From: Trichomonas gallinae
Taxonomy: Eukaryota
Assembly (NCBI GenBank): GCA_008369845.1
Contig: MRSU01006473.1
Location: forward strand, 1-39,449
DNA length: 39,449 bases
Reading direction: 5' to 3'
In this document: one piece after another, positions 9,001 to 15,853 of the stretch
How the letters are laid out: every line of letters starts with the position of its first letter
How positions within the stretch are numbered: the first letter of the stretch is position 1
The notes under the pieces: model-generated
Told to the model about the DNA's origin: nothing
The model's database searches: none
What the model saw: only the letters and a program-made list of their open reading frames with translations
Made by a program: the position numbers and the translations under genes

Positions 9001-10822
9001 ATGTGGCTATGAAAGAGATTTGCGCGCAAGTTGATAAATTCGCAATTCCAGCAATGTCGAATTCTTCGAAAACTCTGTATGCGTCGAATATTATATTGAG
9101 AGAGGAGTTGATTTCTGTGAAAACATGGTCCATATTCACAGCAAATCCTTGTTCATATAAAATCATTGAGATTTCTCTGAGGCTGGAGATAATAAGAGGA
9201 ATTGTGTTCATTGTTAAAATGTATTGTTCGAGCTTTTCTTTGATTCCTGAGATCGAAGAAAGCATCGTTGTTCCAGCTTTTGAAACAGGGAAATCATTGA
9301 ACCTGTTGAGGCTGAGATTGAACAGTTCTTCTTCTATTAAGCGAATATTTACGCGAATTCTTGCAAAAACTGTTGTAAAATCTGCAGGATGGATAATTTG
9401 TTCGTCTCCTTGGCGCATTACGACTCCTTTCTCTGCGAGTGCATTGAGCTGTGGCGTAATTTTAGTGAGGCATCGAGTAATATTGAATTGTGTCTGATCT
9501 ACATCATCCGGTGGCTCAGAAACCAAAAATCTAAGAGAAATCGGACGAGGCAATATCTGGGACATGTTGAGGCTGAAGATATTTGAGCCAACAATGCGAT
9601 TTCCGTTTTCGACAATATCAGCGATAGATTCTAGAGTTTCACCGATCTTAATTAAAGGTTCTGTGCACTTCATGAATGCTTTTGTGTCCTGAGCGCTCCA
9701 GCCAACTGGCTTCTTTCTGGCCTTAATAATACTATCACTGACAGCCTGAAGGTTTTCGAGAGCTTTATTGAATTGCTCGAGGTCATTCTTGGATGAAACA
9801 AACTCAGGAAGTTTGTAAAACTGTGTAACAGCGCGAGAAGCAGAGAAATAGAAATTACTGCATTTTGTAAAGACTTTCTTAGCTGGATCTTGTGGTGGTT
9901 GGATTGTAAGAATGACAAATATGATGCTTTCAATTGCAGATGTGCTTGATTCGAAATGAATTTCATTTCTAATCGCAGCATCGAAGTCATTGATGAATTT
10001 CTGGCGTGCTTCTGTATCAGGATTTTTAATTTCTCTATATTCATTCAGTATTTGAAGCGCTGTCTTACTATCAGAGTTTTGCTTTGTAATTTTTGGCGCA
10101 AGCTTTTCGTATCCGTTTTTGAGTGGGGTAAGTTTAATGCTATCATCAAATGAGAAATGCCTTAAAAGATTTTGGAAATATGTAGATATCGATAAAAATC
10201 CATGAACGGCAATGATATGCTTAATCGAGTTTTCTAGCTCATTTGGGACAGAAAGAAGCGTGTTGAATGATTTGTGAGAGGAAGAGACGGCTGTTTCACG
10301 TATAGAAAGGAAATCTTGTTGAATGGAATGCAATGTCTGCTGAATGGAATTAAATGTTGAAGGAGGTGCTTTTATATAAGAAATTAAAAGCGATTTTGGC
10401 ATCAAACTTTGAAGTGCCGAAGAAATTCTTGTCAAAGGAGCTCTATTTTCGATGACAGGAGGAAGTGTTTCAGCGAATTCATTGACTTGCTTGATAAGCT
10501 GTGCAACAAGTACTTGGAAATCGCGAATTGTGCGCTGAAAGAAATGTTGGGATGAAAGCTCAACGATTTTTGGGATGTAAGGAGCCATTGCAGCTACGAA
10601 TTCATTAGGCTTCTGTGTCTTTGCTTCATTGGCTGTTGCTTTAGCGCGATTTAATATTTTGTTAAACTTTTTGATAACAGAATTTGTAAAAGTAGGCGGT
10701 GCAAGGGCTTCATTTTGCAGCTTCCACAATTTAGCAAGTTTGCTTGATAATTCCTGATAATCTTGCGTAGTTGTGAAAATTCGAATTGGCGGAGGAACAA
10801 CTTGTTCTTGATTTTCCTCCAT
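6029..10822 (-). CDS. Large (~1600 aa) alpha-helical hypothetical protein with C-terminal coiled coil
   Basis: Uninterrupted ~4.8-kb ORF with coding-like composition. The likely start is the ATG at 10822 (CAAAAATG context) or at 10831; the track's start at 10855 is TTG. No family recognised. Confidence 0.85.
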   Translation of the reverse strand: MEENQEQVVPPPIRIFTTTQDYQELSSKLAKLWKLQNEALAPPTFTNSVIKKFNKILNRAKATANEAKTQKPNEFVAAMAPYIPKIVELSSQHFFQRTIRDFQVLVAQLIKQVNEFAETLPPVIENRAPLTRISSALQSLMPKSLLISYIKAPPSTFNSIQQTLHSIQQDFLSIRETAVSSSHKSFNTLLSVPNELENSIKHIIAVHGFLSISTYFQNLLRHFSFDDSIKLTPLKNGYEKLAPKITKQNSDSKTALQILNEYREIKNPDTEARQKFINDFDAAIRNEIHFESSTSAIESIIFVILTIQPPQDPAKKVFTKCSNFYFSASRAVTQFYKLPEFVSSKNDLEQFNKALENLQAVSDSIIKARKKPVGWSAQDTKAFMKCTEPLIKIGETLESIADIVENGNRIVGSNIFSLNMSQILPRPISLRFLVSEPPDDVDQTQFNITRCLTKITPQLNALAEKGVVMRQGDEQIIHPADFTTVFARIRVNIRLIEEELFNLSLNRFNDFPVSKAGTTMLSSISGIKEKLEQYILTMNTIPLIISSLREISMILYEQGFAVNMDHVFTEINSSLNIIFDAYRVFEEFDIAGIANLSTCAQISFIATSTSELAPKWPEFAPFADYFANLNLLNLNINEVLAKIDEFRTLATSILKRWTSADYVTKFNAQYKSIYSSATIVRREQIDALPSKLLGQLTGWLSNLPHSPPKRTTVSEMDIKMSILRKMLNQYITHHPDNQVASQFEQLFTAIDMFAQLNSHFFMKTMLKCLLCFLERVNTNPDVVVESSEADNTDTSSTEPKSEEVNVDASQVVFSEDEVALWSPFAQKVFSIDHVSVHPQFPSYTEELVHSRARQVYEEFKEEWKGDTANFETELAEIDAEISQTSYENLTFFYKSFNEKVVQACERMLDDLLQMLVEFNPPSRGRGYPRECPPHPKTQQIGDLSKVLTALQPQLKNMDFSWLPGLLECRGVAYDIFKATDTAGDQTSPLSLIRRLTNRAFAFFRLSRCLLFAKGGLPTFAPDLKMLKVLVGGLLDKTRFVRENSPLLFHEIDQVVKSNMFSNFSSLISGVKVLRRSRALFDAKELVTIIDIDFFDFGDFFRRLNCEHITLSSFLDSNIYEIFLQNLTPVTKYVESGFDDNFLAEHIKAMSRFKAELSVAPIQCSWEKIDDRLTSLSVLQQLVDISVAFDRVCPVVQRKKKDPCMFGTDFLAVELLVFELQNEIESLVQAKPSRLCKLYIDLTRVLTVIKDVSSKFGPRKSESAKMNNLVDEWNNFTMCLENLPMSDFHGEFRHLSNKIIDVIQDSPAIDIQREIKSITFLLKQFEICPSIGTLRKLRFAFQFLEGQKSRFTTIETASALPFFQLHVSISTMISMYRIVDLIPMISEKLGKSIGKELPLRKPSIAEETEPENIVQMTPKATLDRPLNMFEQTALGHMTAALFDANVADEEKIATLPILKRSVEHGRMMVENAKLCNSELESINESLKEYVKSRDVTTEQNHDEKVMSRSSSPIGVSPELDDSRSKKEYEILKNRYYTTMSGVSVLAAAQSELRQTVRRTEARNERNQNLLNLIDLNKQLTAVKNADKDWNELDKISTE

Positions 10823-10843
10823 TTTTGTCATGTTTTTTAAAAT

Positions 10844-11133
10844 TTTACTTGTCAAATCAATAAAGAATGAATCATTTTACACGGCAAATTTTCATATATG
10901 ACAAATTGTTATGAAAAGTATATTTTTACACGTCAAATATAGTATTTATTTGACAAATATCGAAAAATAAATCGATTTACATGTCAAAATGCTATTTATT
11001 CGACAGTTTTCGAAAAATTCAAAATTAAATGTCAAATGCAAACTATTGAATATTTACATGACAAATATAAATTTACTTGACAGAAATAGTTTACATATCA
11101 ATAATATATACTTTACATGACATTTATTTGGCA
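10844..11133 (+). promoter_or_regulatory. Divergent promoter region containing about 10 same-orientation copies of TTTAYNYGDCA
   Basis: Copies at 10844, 10876, 10925, 10945, 10976, 11053, 11072, 11112 and 11123, plus a weaker copy at 11090, between two head-to-head genes. Confidence 0.55.
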
Positions 11134-11183
11134 AAATATTAATTTACAATTCATAATCAATATTTTTTAAGTTTGATTTTTTA

Positions 11184-14036
11184 ATGAGCAGCAACAGTCC
11201 ACCACTGAACCAAAATAACATTTCTCAATCAGGGCCGCAGATTTTCTTTAAAAGACCTAAAGAAATACAAGGATCTGTCACATCTTTTCATCAAGGTATG
11301 ATTCAATACACTGATAACGAAACAATTTTATACGATAAATACAACAGAGTCAAGGAAAGGCCTCCAAGACAAGAAAAACTCAATAATAATTTTATCTGTT
11401 CAATTTTGCGTGATAATAAATCGACATTTATCCTTACACACGATGGATCTAATATAAAACTACAAGATACTCAATTAAAATTAATAGCAGATGCAAATTT
11501 CGAAGGTAAAATCGAAGCTGTTTTAATAAATCCAAGTTCATCAGAATACTCAATAATACTCCTATCCAATGGCTCATTATATACGTTTTCAAAGAGAACA
11601 ATTGAAAAATTCCCGACAGATAAAAATAACATGAAAGATATTTGCATGTTTTCGAATAATTTGATGCTTTACAGAATAGAAAATAATTTATACATACATA
11701 ATCTGGGACAAAATATACAAGAATACAAAGAAATTAGTCCAATATCAGGAAATCAGACTATTTTAAAGGTATTCTCATTAAATTTAACAATGTTTTGCGT
11801 CATATATCAGAAAGACAGACAAAATTCAATCCTATATTTACAATTTTTCGAATTATCAGAAAATCAGAAATACGAGACTTCATACATTACCAATATATCG
11901 ATTGGAGAATTACCAATAGATGATTTACGGATAGAATCTTTGATAAATTCACCTCTATTTATCCTTTACTTTAGAAATACGAATTATATGAAGGCTTTTC
12001 AATGCCCATCAATTAAATTTATCAATGAAGTGCGAATAGTATCTGATTCCAACATTACGGACATCGATTCTGTTAGTTTCACAGAAGATCGAATTTTCAT
12101 CAGAAAACAGAAGGAAAATGACTTCATTACAGTGATCTATAACATCGGACACAATGAATACACTATTCCAACTCCATATCCACTTCCTTCTCGCCACAAA
12201 TCGATTTTCCCAGAACTTCCAGACATCATCAGAGGCGGTTTCGATAATATACAAGCTGTTGAAATTCAACAAGAAGTCCTCGAACAATTAACTTCACCAC
12301 AATCAATTCCTGAAAAAACACCTGCACAAAATGCACCTGAAAAGGCCCCAGCACAAAACATTCCTGAGAAAGTTCCAGCACAAGATATTCCTGAAAAAAT
12401 ACCAGAAAAAGTCCCAGTTAAAAATGCTCCTGAAAAGGTTCCAGTTAAAAATGTTCCTGAGAAAGTTCCAGCACAAAATGTTCAGCAGCCAGTAGTACAG
12501 CATGTTGTTCAGCCGCCGCCAGGAATTACAGTAGACATGCTTCTTTCTGAAGGTGAATTTTTCGAGAAAATATTACTCCGCTTCGAAGAATTTCTCACTA
12601 AAAATAGAACAACAACAATAGATGAAGTGAAGAAGATGATTCCTCAGATCTGCGAAGAATTCAAGCGTGAATTCACTGAGCAAATAAATGGCCACGTTAA
12701 CATCATCGATAAATCTCAAAAGAAAGAAGAAAAAACAAAAGAAGAACAAAATAAAATAATTGTAAAAAATGATTTTGGAAATGCTGAGTTGTTAGGATGC
12801 AGTTATCTCTTCATTCCAGATGATTACATCGAGGGCCACGAGGAAGATTATCATGTTTCAATGTCACAGTTTTCCAATCTCATTTCGGTCACATTCGGTG
12901 ACAAAGCTATAACAATAGAAATGGAGTTCAGATCGACCTTCGAAGAAGATCTTTTGTTCGATGATGATCCAAACTGCAACAAGGACAAAATCAATAATTC
13001 AATAATCAGACAAAGAACAATTGAAGGCCTTAAAAGCACATTTATCGTACCAACAAGAAAGATGACATACGTCGCATATGTAACAGACGAAAAAATCTAT
13101 TTTTACGATGATAGCAATGACGAATTGATGTTCGAAGAAGATATAAGTGGAAGCGAGGTTTATCAGGTCCTGAGTTTGCCTGATAGCAATGATATATGGA
13201 TATTCAGAGACAACAAACTCTACAAACGATTAGTCACAAAATCACTTTTGTTTTGCGATCAAGAAATTAGTGACTTCGCGTTGAATTCATCTGGCGAACC
13301 AGTATTTATCACTACTGACAATATCATATATAACGACAAACAGAAAGCAATCGCAGAATTACCAGAAGGAAGCGAGTTATGGCATTTCTCAGTCATCGCA
13401 GGAAAAACAGTTTTTGCTGTTTACATCCTTGATTCTAGTCTTTATATAATGGCAAGAACAGAATCAGATGTCAAAGAGATCAAAGTCTATGAAGAGTTTA
13501 ATGGAGACGTTTACGTGGCTACTTCTCTGTATTCTAACTATGTCTGCTTGTGGACATCTTCTCAAGAAGAGGAAGAAGTAAAATATCAGTACAAATACTA
13601 TAAAATAAGCGAATCAAATATCACCGAAATAAAGTTCGACGGTGACATTAAACCTTCTGCTGAAAACGATGACTGCAAGGAAATGTATGTGTCCAACATC
13701 ACCTTCATCAATCCAGGAGTAATCCCTATCGATAAAACCGCATTACTTGATAACTTTTCGAAAGAAACACCACTTTTATATCTTGTTGGAGATTTCGATT
13801 ACGACACAATCGAATCAATCAAGAAAGAGTCTGGCTACAATGTTATGCTCAATGACCACCAATTATTATGTACAAGAGCATGGGCCCCAGAACATTTCAA
13901 TTTCGAAATTCCAAAGAAATCTTGTTTGACTCGAGCGATCGCAGAAAAAGAGAAGTTAGAAAAGTTGGCACCACCAAGACCTGTTAAAACACACAAAATT
14001 CCAATGAAGAGTCATGCCAAAAAACGATTATTATAA
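11184..14036 (+). CDS. Hypothetical protein: two beta-rich (propeller-like) regions flanking a PEK repeat linker and a helical segment
   Basis: 950-aa ORF with an ATG start. The N- and C-terminal halves are rich in beta-strand-like sequence, and the centre has 9-aa repeats. Confidence 0.8.
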   Translation: MSSNSPPLNQNNISQSGPQIFFKRPKEIQGSVTSFHQGMIQYTDNETILYDKYNRVKERPPRQEKLNNNFICSILRDNKSTFILTHDGSNIKLQDTQLKLIADANFEGKIEAVLINPSSSEYSIILLSNGSLYTFSKRTIEKFPTDKNNMKDICMFSNNLMLYRIENNLYIHNLGQNIQEYKEISPISGNQTILKVFSLNLTMFCVIYQKDRQNSILYLQFFELSENQKYETSYITNISIGELPIDDLRIESLINSPLFILYFRNTNYMKAFQCPSIKFINEVRIVSDSNITDIDSVSFTEDRIFIRKQKENDFITVIYNIGHNEYTIPTPYPLPSRHKSIFPELPDIIRGGFDNIQAVEIQQEVLEQLTSPQSIPEKTPAQNAPEKAPAQNIPEKVPAQDIPEKIPEKVPVKNAPEKVPVKNVPEKVPAQNVQQPVVQHVVQPPPGITVDMLLSEGEFFEKILLRFEEFLTKNRTTTIDEVKKMIPQICEEFKREFTEQINGHVNIIDKSQKKEEKTKEEQNKIIVKNDFGNAELLGCSYLFIPDDYIEGHEEDYHVSMSQFSNLISVTFGDKAITIEMEFRSTFEEDLLFDDDPNCNKDKINNSIIRQRTIEGLKSTFIVPTRKMTYVAYVTDEKIYFYDDSNDELMFEEDISGSEVYQVLSLPDSNDIWIFRDNKLYKRLVTKSLLFCDQEISDFALNSSGEPVFITTDNIIYNDKQKAIAELPEGSELWHFSVIAGKTVFAVYILDSSLYIMARTESDVKEIKVYEEFNGDVYVATSLYSNYVCLWTSSQEEEEVKYQYKYYKISESNITEIKFDGDIKPSAENDDCKEMYVSNITFINPGVIPIDKTALLDNFSKETPLLYLVGDFDYDTIESIKKESGYNVMLNDHQLLCTRAWAPEHFNFEIPKKSCLTRAIAEKEKLEKLAPPRPVKTHKIPMKSHAKKRLL
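12306..12479 (+). repeat. Coding minisatellite, 27-bp unit, encoding [IAV]PEK[TAV]P[AV][QK][ND]
   Basis: Six full units plus a partial IPEK: IPEKTPAQN APEKAPAQN IPEKVPAQD IPEK IPEKVPVKN APEKVPVKN VPEKVPAQN. Confidence 0.9.
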
Positions 14037-14231
14037 TTATTATGTTTTAATTTTTATATTAATATTTATAAAATAAATCAATTTTCTATAAAGTCAATTA
14101 TATTCATACTGACAAGCCCAGATTTTTCTTAATGATTATAAAAATAATATTTTTTAGAGATATTTAAAAGATTTGTTTGGTGGAACATTGTATTCAAAGA
14201 GTTTATTGTTAATAAAATGTATAAAATTAAT

Positions 14232-14957
14232 TTAGTCTTTTTCGGCAACAGCATGTAAGATTTCGTTAACTTTGTCTTCTGGAAGTAAAGCGAATTTGTA
14301 GTTATCACGTGTCATAAGGCAGACTTCGACATCAGTTGCTTCAAAGTCTACACCGCAAACAGATTCGAGTGTTGCGAGAGCAAATTCAGATGTAGCTTCT
14401 GGAGTTTCAAAATCTTCCATCTTCTTTTCGAGAGCGCTCATGGCCTCGATTTCCTTAACACCACAAGAAACAGCGCGATATCCGTTGGAAAAGCCAGATG
14501 GCTCAACCTTGTAGAGAGCAAATGAGTCTGTTGGTCCATTGAATCCGAAGAGGATGGCTGAGACAGCTGTTGGTCTTAAGGCGACATATTGGGATTCTAT
14601 TTGATGGAGTTCTGAAAGCCTTTGGGCGAGAATAGAAACTGGAATTGGGAATCCCTCCTTGAACTCGAAATGAGCTGCCTCATAGCGAAGACGTCTGCAA
14701 ATGTATAAAACATCTGGGAGTAAACCAACCAAGCATGCACCAACTGTGTCGGTAATGCGATACATATGTGTTACTGTTTTAGGATCGATAAGTTTATCTG
14801 CGACTTTCTTTTGTACTGCGACGCAAACTGAATTCTTGCTCTTGACACCGACGGCAGTAACTTCTGCCTGCTTAACTGCCTTGAAGGCGTACTCAACCTG
14901 CCACAAACGGCCTTCCGCTGAGAAGACAGTAAGGTAGCGATCTGCTCCTGATGACAT
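14232..14957 (-). CDS. PSMA6: 20S proteasome subunit alpha type-6 (alpha-1)
   Basis: Proteasome alpha N-terminal signature DRYLTVFSAEGRLWQVEYAFKAV, and QKKVADKLID, which is typical of alpha-1/Scl1. 241 aa. Confidence 0.93.
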   Translation of the reverse strand: MSSGADRYLTVFSAEGRLWQVEYAFKAVKQAEVTAVGVKSKNSVCVAVQKKVADKLIDPKTVTHMYRITDTVGACLVGLLPDVLYICRRLRYEAAHFEFKEGFPIPVSILAQRLSELHQIESQYVALRPTAVSAILFGFNGPTDSFALYKVEPSGFSNGYRAVSCGVKEIEAMSALEKKMEDFETPEATSEFALATLESVCGVDFEATDVEVCLMTRDNYKFALLPEDKVNEILHAVAEKD

Positions 14958-15079
14958 TTACGGTTTTGACAAAAAAATCAAAATTGGTCGAAAAGAATTA
15001 AAACACCAATAACTCAAAATTCGCATTTGTTTGCCTATATATTCGCTATTCATCACATTTTCTCACCAAAAAACGCAAA

Positions 15080-15480
15080 ATTGAAAAAAATTGATTTTAT
15101 TATCAAAGTTGCTAACAAAATCATGCATAATTTACTTGGTTTTGACTTCAAATATCATAAATAATATGCTCAAACAAAATATTGAAAAATTTGTTTTTAA
15201 TATCAAAGTTGCTAATAAAATATTGTAAAATTTGTTTGATATTGACTTAAAATACTTCAGAAAATATGCCCAAACTATATATTGAAAAATTTAATTTTAT
15301 AACCAAAGTCGCTAATAAATTGATGCATTACTTACTTGCTACTGACTTCAAATACCATAGCAAATAAACTCAAACTAAATATTGAAAAATAGTGATTTTA
15401 TTATCAAAATTGAAAGACTCGCTACTGCATAATTAGGTAGACGATGACCCAATTTAGGAATCAAATATGGTCAAAGTCAA
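15080..15480. repeat. Diverged non-coding tandem repeat, 100-bp period, about 4 copies
   Basis: ATTGAAAAA at 15080, 15181, 15281 and 15381. (T/A)A(T/C)CAAAGT(T/C)GCTAA at 15101, 15201 and 15301. TGACTT(C/A)AAATA and CAAAC recur in phase. The fourth copy decays. Confidence 0.85.
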
Positions 15481-15742
15481 TAATATTACAAAAATTAAAT
15501 TATAAAAAGATTACGAAAGATCGTCTATGGTATATTATTGCTGATGAGTAGTCTTATATATTGGAATACAAACACTGCTAAGATTAAATTAAATATTAAA
15601 ATTAGTCAATATAATGAAAATAAGAGCCAAAATTAAAAATATGCAATAAGAATAGTATGATAAACACAATATAAGAATTATTATAAATCGGGGTAAAGTG
15701 ATATTAATGTGTTAGATAATTATTTTACAAATATTTATGTGA

Positions 15743-15814
15743 GGGTCAATGGTCTAGCGGAATGATTCGCGCTTCGGGTGCGTGAGGTCCCGGGTTCGAT
15801 TCCCGGTTGGCCCC
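15743..15814 (+). tRNA. trnP-CGG: tRNA-Pro, anticodon CGG, no intron
   Basis: Acceptor stem GGGTCAA/TTGGCCC. D-arm TGGTCTAGCGGAATGATT (A-box). Anticodon arm CGCGC-TT-CGG-GT-GCGTG with the anticodon at 15775-15777. T-arm CCGGG-TTCGATT-CCCGG (B-box). Confidence 0.97.
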
Positions 15815-15820
15815 TTTTTT
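15815..15820 (+). terminator. RNA polymerase III terminator (T6)
   Basis: A run of six T directly follows the tRNA discriminator base. Confidence 0.85.
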
Positions 15821-15853
15821 ACCGTTATTTAATTCGAGAGTTCACAAAATAAA

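Noticed and set aside
6543..10153. Many plus-strand ORFs of 65-189 aa
   Set aside because: Antisense shadows of the ~1600-aa gene.
15080..15480. The 100-bp repeat as a CRISPR array or decayed ankyrin repeats
   Set aside because: No repeat-spacer structure, eukaryotic context and no cas genes. The period is 100 rather than 99, and I found no ankyrin motif.
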